This document shows positions 47,420 to 57,522 of a stretch of DNA of 64,000 bases, piece after piece (position 1 is the stretch's first letter; each line of letters begins with the position of its first letter). The notes below the pieces were generated by a model. It made no database searches. It saw only the letters and a list, made by a program, of their open reading frames with translations, and was not told the DNA's origin. Origin of the DNA: a virus; the IMG/VR virus record IMGVR_UViG_3300021475_000001, positions 47,040 to 111,039 of that record; one strand, 5' to 3'. The position numbers and the translations under genes were made by a program.

Positions 47420-48397
47420 ATGGCGTCATTTATGGACACGATCTTACGCCGAGCCAGAAAAGCCACCTCGGACGCCGATCTTGAACAACTCAAGGACGAG
47501 ATGGAAGGCAAGGTTCCACCCGATCTGATGAACGAGAATGGTGACGATATGAACGGCGATGGCGATGATGACAAAGGCATTCACATGCACGTTCACCTGC
47601 CAAACGGCAATGGTAACGGCAATGGTGACAACGGTGATGGCAAAGATGGTGATCTGACACTCAAGCATGAAGGTGATGACCCCGATGGTGGTGATATGAA
47701 CGGCGGGGGTGGTGGCGATCTGGAAGCGCGCGTCCAGGCTCTTGAAGAGCAACTGGCACAGTTGATGGACGGCGGCGAGGATGAAGTCGAACTGCAAAAT
47801 CCTGGTGATGCGCAGGACGCCAAGCGTTACATCATGCGGCGTGGCAAGATGCTCAAGGCGCACGATGACGAAACCATCCCGGTGCCCGAGCGCGAGCCGG
47901 AAATCATTGGTGAAACCGATCTGCCAGGTATCGAAGACCTGGACGCGCGTATGTCAACTGGTGACTCTATGCGCCAAGAGGTGTTGTGGCAGGACACTAT
48001 GGCCAAGGGCGAAATCATCGTACCTGGCATTCGTATTCCCACCTTTGACAGCAAGGTGAAGATGGGTGTCACGGCGCAGCGTCTGTGTTCGTTTCGTCGT
48101 ATGACATTGGACACGGCACTCAATCACGAAGCGTCACGCACCATCATGGCCGATCTGGTAGGGCTAAAGACCCGTGACCAATTGCGCAAGTTGACCTGCG
48201 ACACACTGAAGATGGCGTTTGAAGCAACTGCCAATGCCATGGGTGCAGAGCGCAACAACAACTTTGTGCGCTCCGCAGTTGGTGACACTTCACATGTCAA
48301 CCAGCCAGCAAAACCATTGGGTGCGCTGACCATCAGTGAAATTCAGCGTCGCAATCGTGAGGCATGGGCCACCGGCGAGTTCAGAAAGCCTAACTAA
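47420..48397 (+). CDS. Scaffold-like protein (C-terminal part of the DUF2213 module)
   Basis: Acidic N-terminus, LEARVQALEEQL coil, EIIVPGIRIPTFD..LCSFRR. Confidence 0.7.
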   Translation: MASFMDTILRRARKATSDADLEQLKDEMEGKVPPDLMNENGDDMNGDGDDDKGIHMHVHLPNGNGNGNGDNGDGKDGDLTLKHEGDDPDGGDMNGGGGGDLEARVQALEEQLAQLMDGGEDEVELQNPGDAQDAKRYIMRRGKMLKAHDDETIPVPEREPEIIGETDLPGIEDLDARMSTGDSMRQEVLWQDTMAKGEIIVPGIRIPTFDSKVKMGVTAQRLCSFRRMTLDTALNHEASRTIMADLVGLKTRDQLRKLTCDTLKMAFEATANAMGAERNNNFVRSAVGDTSHVNQPAKPLGALTISEIQRRNREAWATGEFRKPN

Positions 48398-48425
48398 GCT
48401 TCTCTCGCTAAAAGGAGTTGCTGCA

Positions 48426-48944
48426 ATGGTCGCTTTTACTTTTCGCATGAATGCCGGCATCCCCGGTGAACTCAGCCGTTTTCAGACACTTGGTACCACT
48501 GTCACTCCCGAGACGCAAAACTCCGCCACGCCAGTGACGGAATATGGTGTGCCGGTGATCGTCAACAACAATGGTACACGTCCGGTGACGGCAACCGATG
48601 TCACGGCCGATGCTGAAGCTGGGTTTCTGGTGAGGCCATATCCTGGGGGTGACAGAACCGTTGCATTCCCACAAGGTACCATTCCGTTTGGCTCGGGCAC
48701 ACCACCAAATATCGGTCTGGTCGATATGATGCGACGCGGCTTTATGACCGTGCGACTTGGTGGCAGTGTTGCACCACAAAAGAATGGCCCTGTCTGGGTG
48801 TGGACCGCAGCGACTGCTGCACCGCATGTGCAGGGACATGTGGAAGCGGCTGACCCAACCACCAGCGGCTTTAAGATAAACAAGGCATTCTTTCGTGGGC
48901 CAGCCGACGCGGCCGGCAACACCGAAATTGGCTACAACGTTTAG
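48426..48944 (+). CDS. Capsid cement/decoration protein
   Basis: MVAFTFRMNAGIPG...GFLVRPYP...MRRGFMTV...GPADAAGNTEI; precedes the MCP. Confidence 0.8.
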   Translation: MVAFTFRMNAGIPGELSRFQTLGTTVTPETQNSATPVTEYGVPVIVNNNGTRPVTATDVTADAEAGFLVRPYPGGDRTVAFPQGTIPFGSGTPPNIGLVDMMRRGFMTVRLGGSVAPQKNGPVWVWTAATAAPHVQGHVEAADPTTSGFKINKAFFRGPADAAGNTEIGYNV

Positions 48945-48978
48945 TCACTGATTGCACTCGTTTCGAAGAGGTAATGCC

Positions 48979-50007
48979 ATGTTGACTTATGACGCAGTTC
49001 GGGCGGGTGCTCCCAAACTCGACCGTGTCTACACCACTCACGATGGGAAGACGGTTGACAGTGCCGGTGCGTTTCTGACCCAGGAACTCGAACGACTTGA
49101 TCCGGCACTTCACATGCCGCTGGCAGCCGTCACCTGGGGACGTGACATTGATCTGCGTGAGGATGTGACACTCGCCGATGAGGCCGCGTCCTTCACCAAC
49201 AGCACATTTGCTGCACCAGGTGGTGTCACTCCGACTGGTATTAATTGGTCAGGTAAGAACACCACGGCTATCGCCGGCATCGCTGTCGATATTATGAAGA
49301 CGGTTCAGCCGCTCATCCTCTGGGAAAACGAGTTGAAATACTCCATCCCAGAACTTGAGTCAGCGATCAAGATTGGTCGTCCCATCGATCAGCAAAAGTT
49401 TGAGGGTTTGAATCTTAAACACCAGATGGACATTGACCAAGTGGTGTACGTGGGTGACGCCACGGTGAACATCACCGGTATGTTTAACTCGGCGGCGATC
49501 ACGCCGTCTACCGCGCCAGGCACTGGTACGGGCAATGCCACAACTTGGGCATCCAAGACCCCAGCTAATATTCTGGCCGATGTCAACACTTTGCTGCAAA
49601 ACACCTGGGCATCCTCGGGTTATGCGGTGATCCCGGATCGTTTGCTGATCCCACCTGTGCAGTATGGCTTGCTTCTCAGTCAGGTTGTCAGCACTGCGGG
49701 TAATATCTCGATCCTGAAGTTTCTGGAAGAAAACAATCTGGCAGTGCAACGTGGTGGCAAACTGACTATTTTGCCTGTTAAGTGGGCGATTGGTATGGGT
49801 GTCGGCGGCACGCCACAGGTGCTTGGTACTGTTGATCGCGCTCTGGCGTACAGCATGGACAGTCAGCGTCTGCGCTACCCGATGACACCACTGCAAAAGA
49901 CGCCAATTCAGTACGTGGGGATTTATCATGTCACCACGTACTATTGTCGTTTGGGTATGGTCGAAATGATCTATCCTGAAACCATGAGCTATCTCGACGG
50001 TATCTAA
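48979..50007 (+). CDS. Major capsid protein (DUF2184 family)
   Basis: DSAGAFLTQELERLDP..PL..VTWGRDIDLRED, GRPIDQQK, YPETMSYLDGI. Confidence 0.92.
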   Translation: MLTYDAVRAGAPKLDRVYTTHDGKTVDSAGAFLTQELERLDPALHMPLAAVTWGRDIDLREDVTLADEAASFTNSTFAAPGGVTPTGINWSGKNTTAIAGIAVDIMKTVQPLILWENELKYSIPELESAIKIGRPIDQQKFEGLNLKHQMDIDQVVYVGDATVNITGMFNSAAITPSTAPGTGTGNATTWASKTPANILADVNTLLQNTWASSGYAVIPDRLLIPPVQYGLLLSQVVSTAGNISILKFLEENNLAVQRGGKLTILPVKWAIGMGVGGTPQVLGTVDRALAYSMDSQRLRYPMTPLQKTPIQYVGIYHVTTYYCRLGMVEMIYPETMSYLDGI

Positions 50008-50071
50008 AGGCGGGAACTAAACATCTTTTGGGGGTGTTACTCGCTCTACTCCGAACATCTGAGGTGATGTA

Positions 50072-50947
50072 ATGGCTGAAACCCAAAAAGCTCCTGCCGA
50101 AAAAGCTCCTGCCGGTAAAGCAACACGTGTCTATATCCCAGAACCTGGGGTACACGTTCAGACTGCCTCCAGTGAAGAATATCCTGGTGGCAGAGTTGTT
50201 CATCTGACACATGGTTGGACTGATCTAGAGGGTGACTTGGCTTCTAATAGACTGTTAAAGGGATTGGCCAAATCCCCCGAGGAGTCCACGTTGTTGGAGG
50301 AATTTCAAAAAGGTGAAGCCTTGCGCGCCGAGGAAGCGGCTAAGGCGCAGGACAAGTTTGTGTCGGACAGTATCGCTCTGCAAGACGGCTTCAGCACCAA
50401 GATGTATGAAGCCGATGTAGCGCGTGCCAAGCGTCTGGACGAAGGCCGGCGTTCTGGTAGTAAGATCGATCCGATCGATGAACTGCCACTCGATCCGCAG
50501 GCGCGACAAGCGATTATACTGACAGCTAACCCCCACCATGGAATGGTGTCCGCTGCTGGTATGGCGGGAAAAGCTGAGGTACTACCTACAGCACCGGGCA
50601 CGGGAGAACCGGAAGGACCGGCAACGGCACCGCCGGTGAATAGAGATGTGCCGCAAGTGTCGGGTGATCCAATTGTCGGTGGTACACTGGCGTGTACTAT
50701 GGGTAATTGGGACAACATGTCCGCAGAACCGCATAGTTACGCTTACCAGTGGAAGAGTGACGCGTCGAATGTTGGAGTTGGTAGTGCCAATTACGTCGCC
50801 GCCGAAAGCGATGTTGGTAAAACCATTACTTGCGTCGTTACTGCGACCAATGCTCTAGGTTCTACTGCGGCACCGCCGTCGAATGGCATTGTTGTGACAG
50901 GTAATGGTGCTACACATGCGGCACACGCGCGGCGCGCCACTGCCTAA
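50072..50947 (+). CDS. Virion-associated protein with C-terminal Ig-like domain
   Basis: PPVNRDVPQVSG..VGGTLACTMGNW...YAYQW...DVGKTITCVVTATN. Confidence 0.7.
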   Translation: MAETQKAPAEKAPAGKATRVYIPEPGVHVQTASSEEYPGGRVVHLTHGWTDLEGDLASNRLLKGLAKSPEESTLLEEFQKGEALRAEEAAKAQDKFVSDSIALQDGFSTKMYEADVARAKRLDEGRRSGSKIDPIDELPLDPQARQAIILTANPHHGMVSAAGMAGKAEVLPTAPGTGEPEGPATAPPVNRDVPQVSGDPIVGGTLACTMGNWDNMSAEPHSYAYQWKSDASNVGVGSANYVAAESDVGKTITCVVTATNALGSTAAPPSNGIVVTGNGATHAAHARRATA

Positions 50948-50956
50948 GAGGGTGTT

Positions 50957-51133
50957 GTGGATGACTTGCGCTTAGAACGTATTCGTGAACGTGCGCGACA
51001 GTTGTGGGAACAAGCTGGAAGTCCGCAAGGTCGTGATGAGGAATTTTGGTACGAGGCTGAAAACCAAATAGACAAAGATGACAAAGATGCCAAAATTCCG
51101 GACCAACAACGAATACCTGATCCGCGACGGTAG
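50957..51133 (+). CDS. DUF2934-like small protein
   Basis: ERIRERARQLWEQAGSPQGRDEEFWYEAE (read by hand; below the ORF-track cutoff). Confidence 0.75.
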   Translation: MDDLRLERIRERARQLWEQAGSPQGRDEEFWYEAENQIDKDDKDAKIPDQQRIPDPRR

Positions 51134-51146
51134 GGAGTGACACTCC

Positions 51147-51632
51147 GTGCCGCTCACCGAGAAAGGTGAAACCATAAAGAGTGCCATGCAGAAGAAGTAC
51201 GGCACGGAGAAGGGTGAATCGGTATTTTACGCCAGTAAAAATAAGGGTACCATCACGGGTGTCGATGCGGAGGATTGTGACATGCCGACAAAATCACGCG
51301 ATCAACCGTCACTGCCGCCTATTCCCAGTGGTGGGGGACTTGGTGGTGGTGGCGGTGGCAGTGGTATCGCTGCACCAATGAGTGGTGGCGCGATGGATTA
51401 TGGTTTAACTGTCGATGAACTGGATGTGCCGGAACGACAGGATGAACTTGTTGGTGACATTCCCACGTCAAAGGCCGAAGAACCAAAAGACAAGTCGAAG
51501 CTGCCTGACGAGGTTGCTTCGGCACCGACCATGAACCGTGAGTTGATGCCAGTGACGCCACTGTCTATTCCAGTAGGGGATCAGTCACTCAGCAATATGA
51601 ACGCGCGCAATCGTTCGTTCTGGAAGCGGTGA
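51147..51632 (+). CDS. Hypothetical virion-region protein
   Basis: MPLTEKG..I.SAMQKKYG.EKGESVFYASKNKGTITGVD. Confidence 0.7.
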   Translation: MPLTEKGETIKSAMQKKYGTEKGESVFYASKNKGTITGVDAEDCDMPTKSRDQPSLPPIPSGGGLGGGGGGSGIAAPMSGGAMDYGLTVDELDVPERQDELVGDIPTSKAEEPKDKSKLPDEVASAPTMNRELMPVTPLSIPVGDQSLSNMNARNRSFWKR

Positions 51633-51902
51633 CTGTATTTGTGCTGGGGGAGCATTCGCATCATCCTTTGGATGAACTCTGGATGAACTACCAGGTGGTG
51701 ACAGATGAACATCGATCTGACCCGAGAGGAAGTCGAACAGATCATCCGGCGGTTCAGTGGTCCGGGTCTACAGCATCCACTCGATTTGCTCGAACTGGGA
51801 TTGGTGCAGAAGCTACAACGTCACTTCCCACCAAATAATGTCCAGGCTGGGACCGGTGATCTTGATGTTGTGCGTAAGTACCAGCAATTTGGCAGGTGAT
51901 CT

Positions 51903-52286
51903 ATGGCTTTCCAATATGGTACGACACTGCGCAACAACCAAGTGTCACAAATTCAGGCGACGGTTGGTGCTTCTGGTACTTTGCTGATCTTCTCCGGTGC
52001 AGAACCCGCTAACTGCGCAGCGGCCGATCCTACTGGACTGTTGGCCACGATTGTCTTACCTGCCGCGTTTTTGACCAGTTCTGGGGGTGTCACAACCATC
52101 GCAGGCACTTGGAGTGTCGCTGCCAGTGGCACAGGTACAGCACAAAGTTTTCGCATAAAAGATGGTAGTGCCGTTTGTCACGTGCAGGGAAACACCACCA
52201 CTGATCTGGTGTTGAACAACACTAGTATCACCTCTGGGCAAACCGTCACCGTCACGTCATTTACCGTGACTGCCGGAAATGCATAA
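51903..52286 (+). CDS. Structural protein
   Basis: LIFSGAEPANCAAA..G.LATI.LP...GTGTAQSFRI...LNNTSI..GQTVTV. Confidence 0.75.
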   Translation: MAFQYGTTLRNNQVSQIQATVGASGTLLIFSGAEPANCAAADPTGLLATIVLPAAFLTSSGGVTTIAGTWSVAASGTGTAQSFRIKDGSAVCHVQGNTTTDLVLNNTSITSGQTVTVTSFTVTAGNA

Positions 52287-52594
52287 TGCCATGGGTGCGT
52301 AGCGGTGAATGCTGTCGCTGCGGTGAATGTTGTGTTGGCGTACCGCCTTGGGCGTCCCGTGACGATCTTGTATCGGATGATCCGATATTACGCAAGCCTG
52401 AAGTTCAGGGGATGTGCCCGCTTTATGAACTGCATGTTGGGGCACCTGAAGGGAATGGGTTCTGTATCGGACACGAACCCCCAAATCAGCATGGTTATTA
52501 TCTGAGTGGTTGTAATGTCTGGCCGGAACATCCCGACCAGATTGCTGATAAGCCTGGTTGCTCTTATGTTTTCACCTGGGTCGATGATGTCTGA
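52286..52594 (+). CDS. Cys-rich small protein
   Basis: GECCRCGECC...CP...C...GC..WP. Confidence 0.6.
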   Translation: MPWVRSGECCRCGECCVGVPPWASRDDLVSDDPILRKPEVQGMCPLYELHVGAPEGNGFCIGHEPPNQHGYYLSGCNVWPEHPDQIADKPGCSYVFTWVDDV

Positions 52595-55500
52595 TGACTA
52601 TTCAGACCATCTATCTTCTCGGCACAGCGGGGGTTACACCAAACTTCTTTGGTAACACTCAGCTTAACGGCAGCGCCCCGACCGGCGCTAACTCAGCCTT
52701 TGGTTGGGGGCCAGCAAAAACCGCTGTCACTACACCCTATTTTCGGGGTCGGTTGGGGGCGACGACCACTGGCTCTGACACTGCTGTATCGACCAGTTAC
52801 AACGCGGGTACAACCCATCCAACACCAGGAACCGGCACTGGAGCCGCGACAGCGGGTGACAGTTTTGTTGTCGGGCCGCTCAGCGGAACGTTTGCCAACA
52901 CCGCATGGACGTTTAACTTTAATCTGCGCGCGGGTACCGCAGGTTGCGTCGGCCACGTCAATATGCGGATGTGGCGGGGTACACTTGCCAACGGGTCCAA
53001 TGCCACACAGGTGCTAGCTAACACTGCTGGCGCGACGGTGACACTCTCGACCAGCGCCGATGTCAATAGTTCAATCACCGCTTCCCCAGGACAACTTATA
53101 CTCAATAACGAGTATCTGTTCTTTCAGATTGAGTGGCAAGAAACCACCGCTGGTTCATCAAACAACGACAATGTTTTCTTTCGTATTGGCACCGCGTCGA
53201 TTACCACAGCCGATTTTGTCGCCGCCGCGACTGGTACGTTATCGATCACTCAGGCAAATCAGACCGTCACAGCGACGGGTACTTCTCCAGCGGTTGGTAC
53301 ACTTACTGCGACCCAGGCCAATCAGACCGTCGTCGCAGCGGGTGGTCCTCGCGTTACTGGCACTCTCAACCGTATTGAAGTCAATGACACACTGGTGGCT
53401 GCGGGTACTGTTGTCACCGTTGGAGGGTGGTCACAGGGGATTGACTTTAGAGCGACGGCGACGAGTAGCGGTGCCGTCCCGCCGACGTTTGCGGGTGATC
53501 CGGCGGGCTATGACTATGATCTAGCAACCGCCGCCTACAACTATCCAAGAGTAACCGCGCAGGGTAACACGGTCGGTTTTCAGAACGCGGTGCTCAATGT
53601 TGACGGCACGCGCGACCGTGACAATACGATTGATCCTCGTTTGGCGGGGATGATCTATAATGCCGAGGCCAGCCCGGCGATTTACACGATCGATCTGCCC
53701 GCGCCGGGCGACTACAGCATCAGCCTCGCGCTGGGCGATGCTTCCAATGCGCAAGCTGGGCCACAACGGCTTGAGATATTCGACACCGCGACATCGCTGC
53801 TTTTGCTGTCGGGAATAGGCACAGGCGCGGGGCAGTTTTGCGACGCGGCGGGGAATTTATGGTCAGCCGCCGCGTGGCCCTCGTCCAACGTCGCTGTCAC
53901 TAAGACATTTGCGACCACCAAATTTGTCATGAATATCGGCGGCAGTTCCGCCGCTACGCCGATTGCCACGCTCTTTGTCCAGTCGCTTGCCGCTGGTGGT
54001 GCGGTCACCGGCACGCTGAACCGCATCGAGGCACCGGATACGCTTGCTGCGACCGGCACGGTGCCGGTCGCAGCAATTACTGGTACGCTTAATGTCACTG
54101 AATTACCGGATACACTAACGGCAGTTGCTCGCGTCACGGTCGGCGGTACACTAAGCCAGTCACAGGCTGCGCAGACACTAGTGGCGAACGTTACGGTTAC
54201 TGTCACTGGTACACTCAATCTCCCGCAGGCAGCGAATACTCTTGTCGCGGCGGGTGGTCCACGGGTTGGTGGTACACTTAACCAAACACAAGCGGCGCAA
54301 ACTGTCACGTCTAATGGTGTTGTCACTGTTTCTGGTGCGCTCAATCGTACCGAAACCAACGACACACTGGTGTCAGTTGGTGGTGTAAGTGTTCGCGGTA
54401 CGCTGGCAGTTACTGAAACTAACGATATTATTTCGGCGCATGGTGGTGACGCGTTATGGAGTCCGGCTGATCTAGGTAGTAATTTGCTGGTTTGGCTCGA
54501 CGCTGCCGATACCAATTCGATTACTATTACTGGTAGTGGGGTATCTCGCTGGAATGACAAGTCGGGTAATAGCCGTCACGTTGATCAGACCAATGACACT
54601 TATCGGCCTTCTTATGCTAGTAACAAGATTACCTTTGTTTCTCAACAACATCTTCTATGCAACGATTTTACCGCCTATCCCACGGTTTATGATTGCTTTG
54701 CGATAGGCCGTCTTCGCAATGCCCCCGGCGAGTTTTGTATTCTGCTATACGCTGCTGGTGGTGCTGGGATGCCGATGCTGGTTGACTCCAGCGGCAATTT
54801 TGGTTCGTGGAGTAACAATGGATTTAGTGCAGCGGCAGGACAGACTTGGGCCTTTGGCACTGAAGGATTGGCTTACGGCACTATCCACAATATAAACAAC
54901 GCTACATGGTCGCGCGACGGTAATGCACTGACTGCTACCTCTTATCCGGTACAGACATCGCAACCATCCTCACTTAGTCGTAGTGACTACACACAGGCTT
55001 GGGGTGATATTTACGAACTGATCTTTGTCACTTACAATTCGTCACTCGATACCAAACAACGACTTGAAGGTTACGCGGCTTGGAAGTGGGGGTTGGTTGG
55101 GCTTCTGCCGTCTAATCACCCGTACAAAAATGCGGCCCCAGCACCACCGCCTCCCCCTGTTACTGCTACACTTAATGCGACACAAGCAAATCAGACGGTC
55201 GCAGCAACCGGTGCGGTTAGTGTTACTGGCACACTCAATCAGCCGCAGGCGGCGCAGACACTTACGGCAAATGGTAGTGTCACTGTCCGAGGCCAGCTTA
55301 GTACGCCGCAAGCGGCACAGACACTTACGGCGACAGCCAATGTCACAGCGTCTGGTACACTTAATGTAAATCAAGCCGCTCAAACACTTACGGCGATAGG
55401 TACAGTACGCGTTTCGGGTGTTTTGGCACTGCCACAAGCGGCGCAAACCCTCGTTGCAACGGCCAATGTTACAGCGTCTGGCACACTCAATCTAAGTCAG

Positions 55501-56187
55501 GCCGCACAGACACTTAGCGCCAATGGCACGGTTCTCAGTGGTATTTCTTGCTCGCTCAATCTCGTTCAGGTATCACAATCTGTTAGTGCAGCCGGGTCAG
55601 TTACTGGTTATGTCGCCAATCTCACTATAACTCAGGCACCGCAAAGCATTGTATCTACTGGTACGGTGCGTGTTTCGGCGACACTCAGTCTTTCGCAGGA
55701 CGCGAACACCCTGGTGTCAGCCGGTGTTGTTATTCCGGTCGTATACGGGTCGCTCAATCTGACACAAGCGTGGCAAACACTGGTGTCCGCCGGCGTAAAT
55801 CCCGTTGCCGGTGCGCTTGCTGTCACCCAGACAAGTCAAACAATTAGTTCTTCGGGTCACATAACTGTTTCTGGTGAACTTACAGTCACCACAAGTCAGA
55901 CTTTGTTTGCTGAGGCAACAGTTGATGTCACCAGCCATCTTGTCTTGGTACAGGATGATCAGACACTTGTTGCAACTGGAGGCATAGGTAATCTTTGGGT
56001 GCCGGGAATTCCAGGAGTTATACCAGGTGTACCACCAGATCGTTTGACACAAGGCACACCAGATGATCGTCTGGTGAAGGTCAATTTTAGTGACAGAACG
56101 ATCTCGCCGACAATTTCGGATCGTGTTATAAGCAATGGAAGTCGTGACAGAACAATTGTCGTTGCGCCGACTCGGAGGGTTGCCTAA
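52594..56187 (+). CDS. Large fibre/spike-like structural protein with ~24-aa repeats and inserted globular domains
   Basis: Repeated GTLN.TQA.QTL.A.G.V units; LWSPADL...WLDAAD...VSRWNDKSGN and LEGYAAWKWGL...LPSNHPYK modules. Confidence 0.75.
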   Translation: MTIQTIYLLGTAGVTPNFFGNTQLNGSAPTGANSAFGWGPAKTAVTTPYFRGRLGATTTGSDTAVSTSYNAGTTHPTPGTGTGAATAGDSFVVGPLSGTFANTAWTFNFNLRAGTAGCVGHVNMRMWRGTLANGSNATQVLANTAGATVTLSTSADVNSSITASPGQLILNNEYLFFQIEWQETTAGSSNNDNVFFRIGTASITTADFVAAATGTLSITQANQTVTATGTSPAVGTLTATQANQTVVAAGGPRVTGTLNRIEVNDTLVAAGTVVTVGGWSQGIDFRATATSSGAVPPTFAGDPAGYDYDLATAAYNYPRVTAQGNTVGFQNAVLNVDGTRDRDNTIDPRLAGMIYNAEASPAIYTIDLPAPGDYSISLALGDASNAQAGPQRLEIFDTATSLLLLSGIGTGAGQFCDAAGNLWSAAAWPSSNVAVTKTFATTKFVMNIGGSSAATPIATLFVQSLAAGGAVTGTLNRIEAPDTLAATGTVPVAAITGTLNVTELPDTLTAVARVTVGGTLSQSQAAQTLVANVTVTVTGTLNLPQAANTLVAAGGPRVGGTLNQTQAAQTVTSNGVVTVSGALNRTETNDTLVSVGGVSVRGTLAVTETNDIISAHGGDALWSPADLGSNLLVWLDAADTNSITITGSGVSRWNDKSGNSRHVDQTNDTYRPSYASNKITFVSQQHLLCNDFTAYPTVYDCFAIGRLRNAPGEFCILLYAAGGAGMPMLVDSSGNFGSWSNNGFSAAAGQTWAFGTEGLAYGTIHNINNATWSRDGNALTATSYPVQTSQPSSLSRSDYTQAWGDIYELIFVTYNSSLDTKQRLEGYAAWKWGLVGLLPSNHPYKNAAPAPPPPPVTATLNATQANQTVAATGAVSVTGTLNQPQAAQTLTANGSVTVRGQLSTPQAAQTLTATANVTASGTLNVNQAAQTLTAIGTVRVSGVLALPQAAQTLVATANVTASGTLNLSQAAQTLSANGTVLSGISCSLNLVQVSQSVSAAGSVTGYVANLTITQAPQSIVSTGTVRVSATLSLSQDANTLVSAGVVIPVVYGSLNLTQAWQTLVSAGVNPVAGALAVTQTSQTISSSGHITVSGELTVTTSQTLFAEATVDVTSHLVLVQDDQTLVATGGIGNLWVPGIPGVIPGVPPDRLTQGTPDDRLVKVNFSDRTISPTISDRVISNGSRDRTIVVAPTRRVA

Positions 56188-56984
56188 TGCCTGATGTATT
56201 CGGCCCGATACAACCAGCCCCAGCGGTTGACAATTTTGTCTTCGACTTCACCTCGCAGATTGGTACGACTGGAGCAATAGCTTCAGTGCAGTGGCAGATT
56301 TCGGTCGATCCGGTTTCGGAAGTGGATGACCCGTCACCTGTGACGCGTTTAGTTGGTCCGCCAACATTTAGCACTACCAAGACTTCGGCACTGATTGGTA
56401 ATATGATTGATGGCTGTCTGTACATCGTGCAGACCATCGCAACGATTGATGATGGTCGTGTGTTGATTGATACTGCCAGTTTGCAGTGTGCTAAAGAGCA
56501 ACTGGCGATTATCGAAGACGATATACTGACGGTGCCCGAGTTCCGGGCTATGTTTCCGGCATTTACCAATGAAACACTTTATCCGGATGTTACCATTCAG
56601 TTTTGGATCGATCAGGCAGTGACAATGCCGATCCTCAATGAGGATCGCTGGGGGCAGTTTTATAATCTGGGTATCAGTCTCTGGGTGGCACATGTTCTGA
56701 CACTTTGGGCATTTCAAGCCAGTCGTGGTCCGACACCTCAACTTGGGTCCGGCACTCCCAATAGCAAATCAGTTAATGGCGTGTCGATTAGTTACGACAC
56801 GCAGATTGGTCTAGAGAACAACGCCGGCTGGTATGGTTCGACACCATACGGCAATATGTTTGTGTATTATCTGCGCATGGCTGGTGCTGGACCCATGCAG
56901 ATTGGCACTGGACCAGCCGGCACACTAAATCGCTCTGGTCCGTTTGGACCCGGAAGTTTGGTTTTTTGGCCGCGACCTTGGTAG
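56187..56984 (+). CDS. Head-tail adaptor (DUF4054-like) with N-terminal extension
   Basis: FRAMFPAF...YPD..I.FW, LWVAHVL, SKSVNGVSISYD, WYGSTPYG. Confidence 0.8.
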   Translation: MPDVFGPIQPAPAVDNFVFDFTSQIGTTGAIASVQWQISVDPVSEVDDPSPVTRLVGPPTFSTTKTSALIGNMIDGCLYIVQTIATIDDGRVLIDTASLQCAKEQLAIIEDDILTVPEFRAMFPAFTNETLYPDVTIQFWIDQAVTMPILNEDRWGQFYNLGISLWVAHVLTLWAFQASRGPTPQLGSGTPNSKSVNGVSISYDTQIGLENNAGWYGSTPYGNMFVYYLRMAGAGPMQIGTGPAGTLNRSGPFGPGSLVFWPRPW

Positions 56985-57180
56985 TACAAAGTGCTTGTCC
57001 ATTTTTGTCGGTTAGGCTAGGGTCTGTCACTGATCAAGTCTCGTTAAGAGACATGCGCGAGAGAGCGCAGCGCAGCGCGCGTGAGCTAGGGAAAGCTCGT
57101 AGGGATAGGGTGATAGCGCGAGCGCGAAGACGCAATGTGGTGCAGCCCTACGCGCTTGGCGTCGAACTTAAATTCGACAC

Positions 57181-57510
57181 GTGGAGGTGACAATGAGTCC
57201 AAACATGCGCAAGAAGCTGGAACGCAACATCCAGTATCATGCGGCGATGGCCGAGTATCACGGTAAGCAAGATGCACCAGAAGAGGCAGAAGCTTCAGAG
57301 GAAGACTCGGAGAAAACCGCATCTGCCCGGCCGTCCAGACCCAGTGCAGATGAAATACTGTGTGAGATGCACACAGAGGTGGCCAAGCAGTTGCAGTCGG
57401 TGCTTGATGCGGAACCAGCCACTCCGGTGATTGTGTCACTATCGCAGAACCGTACTGTGACACGTAATTCCGGTTTTGATTTAAAGCCGAGTGCGGGTGT
57501 GTATCACTAA
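57181..57510 (+). CDS. Hypothetical protein
   Basis: GGAGG RBS before MSPNMRKK. Confidence 0.55.
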   Translation: MEVTMSPNMRKKLERNIQYHAAMAEYHGKQDAPEEAEASEEDSEKTASARPSRPSADEILCEMHTEVAKQLQSVLDAEPATPVIVSLSQNRTVTRNSGFDLKPSAGVYH

Positions 57511-57522
57511 AAGAAAGCGTGA

